Source: Marsupella aquatica
Taxonomy: Eukaryota > Plantae > Marchantiophyta
DNA: 64,000 bases
Assembly: GCA_973895155.1 (NCBI GenBank)
Contig: OZ316894.1
Location: forward strand, 22,812,609-22,876,608
Direction of reading: 5' to 3'
Shown: positions 49,801 to 63,800 of the stretch, one piece after another
Position numbering within the stretch: the stretch's first letter is position 1
How the letters are laid out: each line of letters starts with the position of its first letter
Made by a program: the position numbers and the translations under genes
Notes under the pieces: generated by a model
What the model was told of the DNA's origin: nothing
The model's database searches: none
What the model saw: the letters and a program-made list of their open reading frames with translations, nothing else

Positions 49801-52800
49801 CCGCAACATGAAGTCACTCACCTGTCACTATCCAAGAAAGCCCCAGTAGCCTCAAAATAGCCGAAGAAATCAGGTGCAATCTCCATGTCATCTACTATTC
49901 ACAGTAGCAATTAGTAAGGTACGGACCAACACCAACAACAGGACAGATCAGAATACCATGACATCACAATTTTCTTGCATTCTTTAACGTAAGGGCTTCC
50001 TATAGCATATAACAAAAAATAACATCTCCGACAAAAACTGGCCATTGCTGTCTTTAATGCTAAGCACCTCTTCCACGAGAGTAAGCAGGGGAAACTGGAG
50101 AGAGATTGCCGTGATGAGACTCGAGGTCAACGTTTTCGGTAAAGCCAATCTATTCAGCGTAAGAATCGACATCTACACTAAACCAAAGATTCACGAGTAG
50201 GGTCTCTGCTTTACCTTCTAGAATGATCACTCGCTGAAATTCACTAAACAATTTCGAGAGAGCCCATTTGTAGTGACCTGGAAAAACAAATCAATCGTTT
50301 GGATTGTTTCAAAAACCCTTTCCTCATAGGATAAGATCGTAACTTCCAAGCGCACTTGAACAATTAAGATAGCACTATATGCTATGTGACGAAGGTCAAA
50401 GTGAACAGGCCATCATATAATTAAGGACTAATATCCACTCATTGTCTCTGTGTCCATCAGGTACACACTCTGCGTTCAAGCTACCCACTACTGACATATC
50501 CGGGATCAGATTATAACTCATTATTATTTGTACATAAAACCCCTATACCTTTCCGCAATACCAAATAGACCATCTAGTCTAACACAGGATAAACATGTCA
50601 AGGCTTAAGGAAGGACCTTACTGGCAATCTTATAGTATGCAAGCAAGTGACTCGCTGGACGTGGTGTTGGTTCCCGGAAGTTCAAGTGCTGCATGATATG
50701 GTATCACAAAAACGACTTAGTGCCATTATAAAAAGTCTTCCTAGATAACGACTAAGGAAATTTCCTAAAATTTAAAAATCAAAAAATGACTGTCAGTCCT
50801 GAACGGTGGTGTCCTGACATGCCAGGTAGCATGTGCAGGGTTTTCTATCTGTACAGCACAATTTTGGACTTTACTACTTATGCCACACATGAGGTTAAAC
50901 GTCACAAAATCGACTATTTTCACAAGGATTAATACGTTGAGGAGAAATCACTGGAAGTTCTCTTTGATTGAACGGTTGTCCATGTTCCGCAAAAATGGTA
51001 CTGGTTCGGTGAGAACTATTGTAGACATTGCACAAAGGTGCAGGTACGTTGCCCAATCTTTGCTCAGTACCATCATCGTAGGTTGTTATCCATATATTTC
51101 GCGTGCCAAGACCATGATGGTTTCAACGTACGTACAGAAAACAAGTTCAATTGTTCAATAGAAGTGCATGGAGACCGAGTTATTCCAGCGGTAAGGGAAA
51201 GTGTGACCCTTAGGCGTTTTAATCTTGGTCAATACCCGAGTACGAAATCCAAGATAGGAATCAACTTTAAATTGGTAAGCAAAGCTCAGGCAGCTAGGAA
51301 ATGAATCGTGCAAATCATTGAGAAGGCACGGGATTTCCTTTGGTACTTCTACCTGCATGAAAGTGAACTCGGAGTGACTTTTGGAAAGTGTCTCCACCCC
51401 CGCATCTGATCCATCCTTTAAGCACATGAGCAAGACAAAGAGAAAGAATGCTGTAACTGTAAGCCAGAAGACCGAAGAAATCCAGGACTTTCATTCACAA
51501 GAGTACCGTGACGAGGACAAGCGTATAATACCTGAGATATGAAAAGAGGGAATTTGGAAGCCACTGCGCCATGATATCTGCATAAACATGAAAATGGACT
51601 CAGCCATCCAAGGCTTGAATGGAGGATCTACTAGCTGTAGACAGGTAGCGCCAATGACTCTTATGTAAGGCATTAAAACTCACTTCAGCACAGATTTGAT
51701 TGTTCGCTCCAAGTAGTCTTGACGGTTGCAAGCCATGATAACAACAGCAGCAAAGGGGCCCTGGAATTCCTCAAAATGAAACAATCATGTAAGTAGTCGT
51801 AAGCCCAAACTGTAGTTTTATAACACTGGACAGTCGGTATCCACATATATAGAAACACTTCAGAAGGGTCCAGAATCCATAAGTGAAAGAGACTGTGAAA
51901 GCTTTTGAATTTTTGCAAATAGAAACATTGAGAGCTGAGTTAGGCCATTGATGCATACCCTATTCTCGGGCTCTGAGATTCTTGACGTGTCTTTTCCTGC
52001 GTAAGACACTGAATTGTGTTAAAAATTCGAGACCAACTTGATCTCCAATAATTAAAGCCCCCCGCTAGAACAGACTATCACTAGTACGTACTTTCCTAAC
52101 AACCTAAAAGTGTCTTCTCACGAACTGGCTTTGAAATATCTAACATGTGGCAATTGAAGTGACATACCGCCATTGTCATGAAGGAGCGTGCTCAGTTGGT
52201 GGACTTTAAATTCCAATGTGTTTTTCTGCTCTGCTTACGAATCAAGTAACGCAGGTCAGACCTTCAGAAGAAAGATGAGACCAAAATGCCATGTCTTAAC
52301 TTATATATTTCAATGTTACTGCAAAGAACTGCATCACTTCCTTCTTCTGTTCTCTCGATTTATGTTCAAACATCTTATTATCGAAGAGGTTGAGAATCCA
52401 TATGGCAGTGCATTCACAGGAGTTTGACGTTCCTACATCTCACAAATTAAACGGCTGAAAATCCAAGTGTGTGTATCTTTACTCGAAATGAAATTTCGAT
52501 CCCAAAGGTCGAAGTCGAGAAGCCCTTTGTGTACAACTCCACGCTCACCTTCTAATGCACTTAGTTGTCCTTGGTTGGTGTCGAGTCGATCTACTAGTAC
52601 TCGCATCCGATCTGTGCAATCATTGTCACTTCTTATCTGTGCAATGTAAATAAACGATACCATTAAATCAACACAAGGCAGTGAAGTCGAGTCACTTCTG
52701 GGTCCATTGTCGGGTAGACTAACTACTCTACAAAATTGGCTTGGACTCCAAGATTATGAAGCCAAAGAAGGCTATAGCTATCGGCTGAATCAATCTGACA

Positions 52801-53710
52801 CTAAGTACACATATTCTACCACAACCCCAGAGTTCTCTGACCTCTAAAGCCGGCACATTAGCCGAAACCAAATTTTGAATACATACTGGATAACCACCCC
52901 GTTTTCTTCGTGTGAGAAATTCACAATTGCGGGTCTTATGGGTGGAACTACTGAAATTTGCATAGACACGAGGGAGTAATCTACTGAGATTATTTTGCTG
53001 TCACACTTTTCCAAGCTAATTATGTGTAAACTCAACACAGTTGCATTTGCAAGTCATCTTCTTGCACACCATGCATGGCACAAAAGATTTCATAGGGGTG
53101 TCTCAAAATATTACAGGGGTTGGTCCAGTGAAGGACCAGCACAGGGATGGAGCTGGCAATCACTTACCACAGATTTTATTTCATCGATGTAGTCGGTTTG
53201 AGTTCGAAAGAGTCTGATCTGTCCCACCACATGACAACAATGCAAGTAGGTAATTGTCCCATTAACCCACCACGTCAAAACCTTATCTCAGTTCCCTGCC
53301 CGGTACCACGCAAAGCAACACTTGAATTGCGTATTTTCTCACATTACATCAACAGCAGAGAGAACAATTTCAAACATTGAATGGATCTCTTCTTCGTGGA
53401 CATCAACATCCTCTTAAGGGCTAGCATAGGCGAAGATTCAGCAAAGCCCCAAAATTCCACAACAGAGACGCAAACGGAATTCACGGAAACCCAATAAGAC
53501 CTAGACCAGTTAGACCTAGTGCAGAGAGGTGAGAGAAGTTGGCAGCAAAAGATCAGAGAGAACCGAGGAAAAATTCTTCGACGTGCTCACTGAGAGGAGA
53601 AATTGCAATGGGAACGTTTTCAACTATTGCATTGAAGTTACCTGGACGATCAAGAAAAACATGGCCGCAGCGCCGAGAATGGTATTCCAACTAAGTAGAG
53701 AGCGCGCCAT
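46854..53710 (-). CDS. GNTI: Alpha-1,3-mannosyl-glycoprotein 2-beta-N-acetylglucosaminyltransferase (GnTI, GT13); many short exons
   Basis: Exon 1 53710-53642 MARSLLSWNTILGAAAMFFLIVQ (signal anchor). Exon 2 53218-53168 IRLFRTQTDYIDEIKSV. Further exons encode AAVVIMACNRQDYLERTI, FPLFISQ/DG, YYKIA, VIILE/DDMEIAPDFF, SSWNDNGQ, LYRSDFFPGLGWML, YWDDWMR..FIRPEVCRTYNFGE and GVFEEWK/DGVPRTGYKGVVVF..EDQ* (stop 46856-46854). Confidence 0.95.
49033..49331 (-). other. U12-type AT-AC intron in GnTI
   Basis: 5' site GC|ATATCCTCT. Branch-like TCCTTAAT (49070-49063) and TTCCTGAAC (49052-49044). 3' site CAC|ATATTGG. Removal restores KWPDAYWDDW. Confidence 0.9.
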
Positions 53711-53977
53711 CGCTCCGATCGGGATGACTCGGCCGAGCCGGCAGATGTCAAACGACCTTCAAATCAAAGACATCCTGATTTCTTGCTCACGAACAGAATG
53801 ATCTCCGGACATTAATAAATGTTGCGCACTCTTCAGTCTCTCTTTCGTTCTGCTCCAACGTCTGACACTGACCGGAAGTTTGACCGTTTACAGTGTCACG
53901 CAGTCAAAGAAAATTACGATGCGACAGAAGGTAAAACGATGCTAATTCGTACTTACTGTAGCTGTTTTCTGGCGAAA

Positions 53978-54290
53978 TTTGGCCAAATCACATCTCTGCC
54001 AAATTAACGTGTGAAAAAGGGACCTTCACATGTTAATTTTCAGGCTTATGTTTGTCAAGAAATATGGCCAAATCACACCTCTGCCAAAACTAGGGTGTCG
54101 AAAAGGGACCTTCAGATGTTAAATTTCATGCTCATGTTTGCACACCTCTGCCAAATTAACGTGTGAAAAAGGGACCTTCACATGTTAATTTTTAGACTCA
54201 TGTTTGTCAAGAAATATGGCCAAATCACACCCAGATTACGGTGTCGAAAAGAGACCTTCAGATGCTAAATTTCATGCTCATGTTTGCCAT
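53978..54290. repeat. ~60-80-bp tandem repeat, 4 copies, upstream of GnTI
   Basis: cac(a/c)tctgccaaa..gtgt(c)gaaaagggaccttca(c/g)atgttaa(a/t)ttt..ctcatgtttg recurs four times. Confidence 0.85.
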
Positions 54291-55109
54291 TTGTGCTAAG
54301 AGCCATGGGTTGTAGGATTAGCCATGGTGAGGCATGGAACGGGAGGCAAAGCGCAGAGGGTGAGGCATGGATAGCAAGGTGGAGGGTGCGTGGGAGGTGT
54401 TTTTGGCCAATCAAATGGTGAAGATAAAAACAGTTTCTCAGTGAACAACCAGGATTTCTTCTCACCAGATGACAATTTGTAAGTAGACACTCGACCACAA
54501 TGGACTGGATTGGAATTACTGTGTGTAGCTGGCAACATTATCATACCTGAATATTATGCCTTGTCATATCCAAACATTATGCTTAGTTATCAAATATGCT
54601 ACATAGACAGATCTAAATGTGTAGCCCCTTATAGAGATCCAAACATTATGCTTTATCACATCCAAACATTATGCTTGATCACATATCAAATAGACAAACC
54701 AAAGCTTGTAAGTAGAGACTTCTAAACATCCAAATATTATGTTTATTTATCTGAGATTCAAACATTATGTCTTATCACATGTTATGTAGACAAACCTAAT
54801 GTCGTGCGCATACACATCGCTACATAACATACATCGCTTGTTATATACATTCAAACATAGTCACACTGCCACATCACAAACACAAGAGAATGGAATACAA
54901 GTGGAACTCATGTCCACATATGTCCAAAACCCACAATCGCCCCCTAGTTGGGTTTAAGGTCCCCTAACTCTAGCTAGCCATGAGTCCTACAAGGTTGATA
55001 TACATTTTTTCAGGTGTGAAGATCAGGAGGCCGGGTGCAAGTGAGCCGCAGCAATCACCTACCTGCAATCCATATATATCAAGAGAATACAAAGGATAAC
55101 TAATCAGCT

Positions 55110-56175
55110 TCACCGCCATTGAGGACACAACCATGATCCACTAGGTATCACTTGCAATGGTGGTGTCAAACACAACATGTGCCATCCTCTAGAACACTTA
55201 TCACAAATCAACATAGTAGCTGCTCCCTGAGCAGATCCACACAACATACACTTCAAGCCAGCACGAACATGTGCTAAGCTTGGATCAACCGTACCATCAA
55301 TGTTTGAAAGATGACATGGTGCACAGTTGCGCACATGATCCTTCCAAACCATATCATCACGCCCTTCCAACATCAAGACACTAGAAGGCAACACTTCACG
55401 CACATGTAAAATGGTCCGACTCGCGGTCACATCAAGTGTAGTTGGTGGTGTCTATTGCAAATAAACATAATCACCAGGATGAAATCACCGAATCTTGGCA
55501 CGGTAACCTCCTCCGCGCATAGTGGCACACCGCAAAGTATCACGATGTTGGGCAATGGCAAGGTTGTCAAAGGCCATGGGCATGACTTTCTCAAAAATCC
55601 TTGCCCTCTGAACAAACTTTGACCCAAACATCGGGATTATCCAAGTTCACAACCGATGCAATATCATGAGTATAGTTGTTGGCAAATCTGGTTCTCTACC
55701 ATAGAGCAAGAAATAAGGTGAGAAGGATGTACATAAGTGATGCTTGCCGACTGAAACAGTAACCCATAGCTAACCAAGGTAACTGGAGATCCCAATCTCC
55801 TAGATGACCAACCTGCAAGCCATACTTGTGCAATCCTCTCGATCTTCACAGTTTGCACTACTCTCTTAGCCAATCCATTTGCCTCAGGATGGTCACGAGA
55901 AGTAGCACGATGATCAATCAGAGCTTGCTCGTACAAACTCTCAAACTCTCCACGGAACTCAGTTCCCTGATCAGTCAACACCTCAGCTGGTGCTCCAAAA
56001 TGATTAAGTACACGATCCAAAAATGTGGCAGCAACTCCTCCACTAGCTTTATCTGGCAATGCCACTAGCTCAATCCACTTGGAGAAATGCTCCACCATAA
56101 CCAAAATATAACGATTATGCCGTTGGATGAGAGTCAATGGACCAACAAAGTCCAAACTTTCAGGTTTATGGCTAT
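55110..56175 (-). mobile_element. Decayed Ty3/gypsy-type pol end: integrase core followed by a PHD finger
   Basis: LDFVGPL..YILVMVEHFSKW..FGAPAEVLTDQGTEF..HPEANGLAKRVVQTVK (rve). Frameshifted continuation, then CMLC..MLICDKCSRGWHMLCLTPPL..WLCPQW (C4HC3 PHD, last Cys lost). 54870-54940 resembles 34440-34510, a related fragment. Confidence 0.88.
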
Positions 56176-56649
56176 GAGATTGGATAGTAGCAACCTCTGA
56201 TCCGAAAGTCTCCAAAACAAGCCAAGCATATAGGCACCCCTGGGCCCTCACTCTTACTATATTAAGTGAAACCCCCTAAGAACATGTTGAACTATGACGT
56301 ACTCCTTGACTAATTTTGTGCACACGTAGTCGACACAATCCAATACGTGATCCTTATGAATTATTTCAGATTAAGTAGTGCATGCTTCAGGGTTAAGGTT
56401 AGTGTTTTAGCTATATTTAGGGTTCAATAAACATACATATGAAAATTTAAACTTTTGTTATTGATGATGATATTTTATAAAAAGTGTTGTTTACATTGTA
56501 ACTTGTTATGTATTTCCAAACAAACAAAATGAATGACCTAAACCTTATCATTATTATGTTTCTTCTTGAGCAAAAGTTTTTACGGGTCCAGTTAGAGACT
56601 TCTGTAAATCTGAAAATTTTGTCAAAATTCCACGTCACCCTGTAAATAT

Positions 56650-56900
56650 CCAGCCATTAGATGGTTTGAATCCAGCCATCTACATCCATTTTGTGTGTGA
56701 AGACTCGTGTGAAGGCTCGTGTGGCCTCTCAACTGAAAATGAGCTTTCCTACCATTAGATATTATGAATCCAACCATCCAGATTCATTTTGTGTGTGAAT
56801 ACTCGTGTGGTCTCTTAGCTCAAAAGAACTTTTACATCATTAGATGTTTTGAATCCAATGATCTATGTTGCTTTTGTGTGTGAAACCTCTTGTGAAGAGT
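56650..56900. repeat. Three degenerate ~90-bp repeats (cattagat..tgaatcca..ttttgtgtgtgaa)
   Basis: Copies start near 56655, 56753 and 56838. Probably TE subterminal repeats. Confidence 0.65.
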
Positions 56901-57399
56901 AATGCCACTTCTCGACACAAACAACTCTATTAAACTAAACCTATCCATGTTTGGATGTTGACATAACTAGATTATGACGTTTATGGTGCCTAAGGAATAA
57001 CAAGAACTTGGGGAGTAGGTCGGCTTTGAAAAAAATCAATATTTGAGAAATCTCCAGCTTGGGTATTAGGTATATTTTAAAGGGAAATTTAATTGCAATA
57101 AAATAAAATAAATAAGCTTGGTAAGCAACATATAAAGCATTCTCTCAACCTCTTGATGTCATACAAGTAAAATGGGAAAGAATATTAGAAATATAAATAG
57201 GGGTGAAAAATCATGAGGAAGGTGGGGTGAATAAGCGAGGGTTTGGTCATGGGAAACTTACATTGAAGTTTAATGCAAGGATTATTACAATGTTAACATG
57301 TGAAACGGTCTAGTTATGAAAATATTGTTTTGAAGTGGTATTGAATGTTATATTTTTGGAATGTAAACTCTAGAGTATTATAACCTTGTTTTTAAGTTA

Positions 57400-58090
57400 C
57401 AACTTGACAAACAATACTCAAACCCTTGAATATATGTGTACCAATTGCTTTAACTTATGACCTTATTGATTTTGAAGTTACAAATGGGATCAAACCCTAA
57501 GTTGACAGACCCTTGTAGATGTGTGTACCAAAATGCCTTGACTTGTAACCTTCCCGGATAACCTAATTTTGATTTTGAAGTTACAACTAGGGTCAAGCAG
57601 TACACTAACCCTTGTAGATGTGTGTACCATAATGTCTTAACTTGTAGTTACCTTATATTCATGAATTTTATAAGTTACAACTGGGGTCAAACAGTACACC
57701 GACCCTTGTAGATGTGTGTACCAGAATGCCTTAACTTGTAGCTTTATATTGATTTTGAAGTTACAAATGGGGTCAAACAATACACCAACCCTTGCGGATG
57801 TGTGTATCAGAATGCCTTAACTTGTAACCTTATATTGATTTTATAAGTTACAGTTGGGGTCAACACAGTACACTGACCCTTGTAGATATGTGTACCAGGA
57901 TGCCTTAACTTGTAACTTTATATTTATTTTGAAGTTACAATTGGGGTCAAACAATACACCGACCCTTGCGGATGTGTGTACCAGAATGCCTTAACTTATA
58001 ATCTTATATTGATTTTGAAGTTACAATTAGGGTCAAACATTACACCGACCTCTGCATATGTGTGTACTATAGTTTATTGCCTTAACTTGA
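57400..58090. repeat. ~86-bp minisatellite, about 8 copies, with internal inverted motifs
   Basis: acccttg(t/c)(a/g)gatgtgtgtaccagaatgccttaacttgtaaccttatattgattttgaagttacaa..ggggtcaaaca.tacac recurs at ~57701, 57787, 57875 and 57961. Confidence 0.9.
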
Positions 58091-60536
58091 ATCATATGAT
58101 ATGGACCTTATAATTATAGTACCCGATTGATAATAAACTTAAGTGAATAATTTTAGGTACAAAGAGCTTTTTGGAATCCAACAAAGGGCAAATTTCACTT
58201 TCTTAATATGTAATGCCCTAAGATAACCATAACAATATGAAACAAAATTACAAAAGACTCATCTACCTACCAAGAGCATTGCTTTCTACAAATAAATTGC
58301 AAATTACAATTACTTATAGTTTTGTTAAGATTGCATAAATCTATTGTGTTGATTCAAATAAAAGCTCTTAGTGTTGTGGCAAATAATTAATATACTAATA
58401 TTTGCACATCCATATATGATAATGCTACAAATTTTTAGCTAATCTGATAATTTATTTGAAAATAAACTCTATTATGATCAATATTACATAAGTGAAAATT
58501 GGATTTTAAAGTATAGATAGATTCCATGCTTGATTTAGCTTTATGAGTGAACAACTTTAGCAATCACATTTATTCAACGAGGAATAAAGAGAGAAACAAA
58601 CCTCTATTTCAAGCTTAGATGATAGCTTGGGGTTATTTCTTAGTGATGCCAAAATTTGTCTACAAACTCACACAAAATTGTTCATGTCAATTGAATGGAC
58701 AAAATATCAAGTCAGTTCACAAATAACAAATAAACACAAATTCTAGTCATAAAAAACATGCACTGATATAAACATTTACCTTTATGGTAGTCACCATGAG
58801 AAATCTTAAAAAAATATCTTGTATGCCACTTGAGTGTAGCTCCCCTAGGCCTTATTCAAACATATTCCTTGAATACACACCAAAAAAGTCATAAGCATAA
58901 TGTCAAAACTCACTTGCACATTCAAAACTAATCAACTATTCTCAAAACATTAAACTATTCTATTATTATAAAATCTCTACAAAAATAAGGCTATGACTTT
59001 CTATTGATTAGTAAAACATACGTTTAAAAAACAGAAATGAAGTTAGTATGTTTCTTCTCTCATGAAGGTGCCTGTGTATAAAGTTACTCTCTTCCCAACA
59101 TGATCATTATGATTCTACACTTATGGGTTTTTTCTTTGTTTCCATTTGCCATTAAAATTGATGAGAATTTTGTTTTTGTCATTACTAGACAAATCATGAT
59201 GAATAAATTACACTTTCCAAACAAAAAGTACACTTGTCTCCCCACAAAACAATTAAAAAACCAATGCTATAAATAGGTTTTGAGTTTATGAATTTGTTTG
59301 TTAGTGATGTCAACTTTTATTATGCAAACTTCAAATACTTTTAAAAACATCTCATAATTTTATAGACAAGTCCAATGCATAATTATCCATTGCACAAAAA
59401 CATTGCAAGACAATGAAGTGCAGGTGATTGCCTAGCTCCTTGCCTCCAAGATAGTTTGTTGCTCACCCTTGTGATGAATAATTTGTCACACGAACAAGCA
59501 AGGTGATTGCTACAGTGAGGAGTTGCAATGTGAATTACATAGAGAGGTGAAAAGAACATGAGAGAGGTGGAGACAAACAAAGGATGATAACATTATGTAG
59601 CACGCTAAAAGCTCCTTCCAAATTCTTAGCACTGTATTTGGGCACATCATAGAGTTTTGGCAAACTTGATAACCAGGAAAGACCAGGAAAGAGAATTAGT
59701 AAAACAAACAAATACAATATTACCAATGTGTTAAAAAAATTGAGTTGGACCCACATACTAGTTTTGCTATACTCTCTGAATTTTTACTAGACTTTGTTCA
59801 AATAGGTATGCCCATTTTTAAGAAAATTGCAAGGATAATGATTCTATCATGGAAATTTGCAACAAAATTTTTAATCACAGATTATTTTTTTATAAGATCT
59901 TAGAATATTTTAAGTCAAGATATTCTGAACCTCAACTTAGTGGTCTAAACCCTAAATTGAGTCTCATTCTTATCCATTACCAGAATAAATTTAATACTTG
60001 CTCCTTTTAAGTTCGGCTTATTGTGACCAAACCCTCTTCACGGGCCTGGTTAGAAATCTTGCTGATATGAGTCGGCGTGATTCAATTTCGTTTTGGATTG
60101 CAGAAGGAGAGAAAAATGCAGGCACGCGAATTTCTGTCCGCATGATGTTCCGTCGAGGTATTTGCTTGATCAACCCCCAAAATGAAACTTGTTACTTGAT
60201 CGAGCCCTGGAGGTCTATCAACGGTCCAGATCGGAGATCGAAAGGTCCATCAAGGGTCCAGAGTGGGGGAAAGGGGAAAGTATAGAGGGGGTTGATTAAG
60301 CAAACTTTTTTGAGAAGGGGGTCTACTAAGCATATCTCTCTCTTCCATCACATTACAATCGTGGAAAGTGGGGCAGAGTCCTCTCCACTGTCTACTCTAG
60401 TGTGATGTAGAGTAGAGCCTCTTCTCAGTTTTCACCGGTAGTCGTAGGTAGCGTATGTGTCAAGCAACCTACTACTGTGGGTCGTCACTGTGGTGAGACA
60501 GGGTCGTCACCGGATACTGGAGTACGCAGATCCCCA

Positions 60537-60875
60537 ACTTCGGGGTACTGGACAGTGAACTGGAACGAGGGCATTTTGACTCGAGAGCGTTCTGGCCAGA
60601 ACTCTCATGGAGTCTCGATCATGATCCACATTGGAATTTCGTGTCTGGAGTGAGCGGCTGAACTATGTTCAGCTATGTGATGGGGGACCAAAAAAGTCCC
60701 CCAAGATACTTTTGTTGTGGAATATATACATGGACTGCAATAAGATGGACTAAAGTACTTCGGGGTACTGGACAGTGAACTGGAACGAGGGCATTTTGAC
60801 TCGAGAGCGCTCTGGCCAGAACTCTCATGGAGTCTTGATCATGATCCACATTGGAATTTCATGTCTGGAGTGAGC
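60537..60875. repeat. Pair of 119-bp direct repeats (60537-60655, 60757-60875) separated by ~100 bp
   Basis: Near-identical acttcggggtactggacag...gtctggagtgagc with about 3 mismatches. No TG..CA ends, PBS or TSD seen. Confidence 0.85.
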
Positions 60876-63800
60876 CCTTCGTTAAGTTGTGGAGGCCATC
60901 TGTGCAGGGTTTGAAGCTGAAACCTCGGTCTGTCGCTGACTGGTCTTGGATTGTCTCCTCAATGATCCTCGACCTGTGAATAGCCGCTTTCCTTCACCTG
61001 CCTGATGTGTGATGCACCAGTGACTAGTCATTCAATATGGGTTTGCCGACTGTCGCGGTGTTAGAAGAAGAGGTTAGGGCCAGGGATGGCTCGAATTCTG
61101 CTGCAGCGATTAGTGGTCACACAAACGGTGATGGCTCTCTCTCGATAGTCGTAGCTTTCGTGAGAGTGAGGAGGATGAAAGTTCACCCTGCTTTACTACT
61201 TCTTGCGCTTTTAGGAAACCAAGCATTGTCGATGGTCTGATTGGGAGAGCAGTGTGACCAATGCCAAGAGCTCTGACCGTTGTCTTCAATTGTCGCAGAT
61301 CCTGCCGATCTAGGAGAAATTGATGCGGTAAGTGACTTTCTTAACACATATTGTCGCTGTGTTTATATTGGTCTACACGGAACAAAAGTCTCGGAGATGA
61401 GAGTTTTACATGGTTACGTTTTTGCATGTCGGGAGAAATGGTTGAAATTGCTTCCCCTTAGTGAACATGGGATCAGGCCTGTTCCGTGACCTCTCTGTTA
61501 ATTTGAAAGCAAGGCAAATCCCGAAATGTCTGAAATTTTACTTTCGAAGTTAGAAAACGGTACTCTTGCAGGAATCGATACTCCCTGCAAATCGGCAGAC
61601 TTGGGTAATGCAAGTAAGGATGGTGTGTGCAGGTCTTGGAAGAGAGAGCGAAGAAAGCTCTAGAGTGTCCATGCTTGGATGACCTCCGGGGTGGCCCGTG
61701 CGGACGAGAGTTTAGTACAGCATTTGTTTGTTTCGTCAAAAGCCAACAACCCGAGAAGGTATGGTGTGGTAGCCTTGCTGTCTTTTGATTTATTAATTCT
61801 AAAATACACAGGACCGCTCATCGCAAACGCTGACCAACAATTTTATGCTAGAAATGTCCCGACCTTTTTGACAGGACCTATCCTGATAGAGGCACTTATG
61901 AAATGTCATATTTCCTTATTAATACACAAATATCTTTTGACCAAGATATATCGCGATCAGCCTTACTATAGATATTTAGATTGTGGAAGTGCATTCTACG
62001 TGTAATAAATGGATGGATAGAATGGGTGACTCGGGAAGTTTTGGTGTATAGGACATGTGATTGTTAGTTTTTGAAAGGGCACTGTTGGAAGCAATAGGAT
62101 TTTTTAAATTTCATTGCAAGTTGATACGTGTTGCTCGTCCGTTTGTCTCCACAATTCATGCACTTTTTCTCGTTTTCGTCCGAAGACTATTGCCAATCGA
62201 CAATGTTGATGACAGAAGGTGAGAAAGTCTCTATGAGCCGGTTCCTGTCCGCATCACCTAACTTCTAGTAAGCTCAATTGCGCTTTCACGCTGTGTTTGG
62301 AAAGCTCCGAGTTGCTTTGGAAGCAAGCTATTAAATATTTACATGCAGTTTTGTCCATACGGTGGCAGGGATCTGATTGCGTTGCGCCATTTGAGAAAAT
62401 GCAACACTGCATGAATAACAATGCCGACAAGTTTTTAAGTGCGAAAGATTCTGACACACATACGCCCATGGCTAGACAGGGGCACAAACCGCCTTCCGAA
62501 GAGGATGAGAGTGAGGCTGAGGATGAAGATGACGATATAGGCAACGATGACGAAGAAGTAGACGATGATAGTAGTCATGGAGTGGTTCCTGGTCCTCCAC
62601 AATTTCCAAGTAGTTCCGTCAAACTTCCTCCTTGGTATAAAAAGAAAGTCTCCGACAACAATGAATCCAGGTAAATTTTGAGAAATATGGTAGTCCAGAA
62701 CTACCTAATCTGAAGTCCACCTAAATACCAACAGAGGATGTAGGATAGTGGCGAATCATACTCATCGAGTCCTACAATCGTTGAAGTGCTATGGTAGGGT
62801 CAAGACGTCGTTGTCTGGGGCAGTGCAAATCTATCGCCACCGAGACATCAAATGCAGTCATTCCCTAACGTCAAATGCTTTATGAGTCTGACATTGAGGG
62901 AACCAGGGATTGCCATAGGTGGATCTTGTCATGCTGGGAAGTTCTTACGTCAATACAACCCCAAGGTTTCAGGGGAACTCCAATTGGAACAAGGTGCTGC
63001 TGGAGTCCTCCTGAACTGTTGAACTACACGTAACGCAACGGATTTCTCTTTTTCCACGATCTATGCTCATGGAAACATTACTGGAAAAGGTTTCAAAGTT
63101 ACCATCCGCGGGATCGTCTGTTTTAAATAAATCAGTTTTACTACAGCAGTCAAAGTAGTGTACATACCTGAGGAGCTTCTAGGTTTCTTTTGGTTGTTTT
63201 GTTTTGTCCACCTGTTTATCTTTAGATATTTGCCTTTATTTTCCCGTTTATCGATTTCTCGGTTCTTTCTGAGAAATCAGGATGGCCAAGCAAGCCAATA
63301 GAAGACATTGTAATCCACATAGAGCCACAACAGTATGAAGTGTAGTCCGGAATCAGCCAGAACTGATGAAACTATTATTTGTTCCCATTACGATTCCCAG
63401 TCTTGGTAGGATGTAAGAAATTGCCCTTCAACTTGAGGATGTGTTAACGCTCGGGTGAGCAATCAATGTCCTTGTTGAAGGGAAGAAGGTCAATTCAAAT
63501 TTGACTCGAACTCAGGTAATTTGGTGGCGAAATTTCCAGTCATTACCTGGGTTTCAGTAGGATTGTATCTAATATCTAGTGTCGAAATGTAGACCATCCG
63601 ATCTCCAATTATGCAGACATTGAGGTAGAAACTACATGTGGTACATCTGAAGAGCCTAACCTGCCTCAATAGATGGAATGGATTCAATTTTCAGTCGGAA
63701 GCGGTCTTCCTCAATTGCATTCCTTTCCTTCTAATCTCGTTTCTAGCTTTAACGTTTTTTATTCTTTGGATCTCCAGCTTGCCAACAGTCTGCCTTCACT

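Noticed and set aside
57400-58090. CRISPR-like array (also 24882-25300 and 53978-54290)
   Set aside because: Contiguous tandem units without unique spacers, no cas genes, eukaryotic context.
60537-60875. Second TRIM
   Set aside because: No TG..CA termini, PBS, PPT or TSD.
62297-62674. 125-aa ORF with an acidic tract
   Set aside because: Non-ATG start and no recognisable domain or supported exon chain; may be TE-derived.
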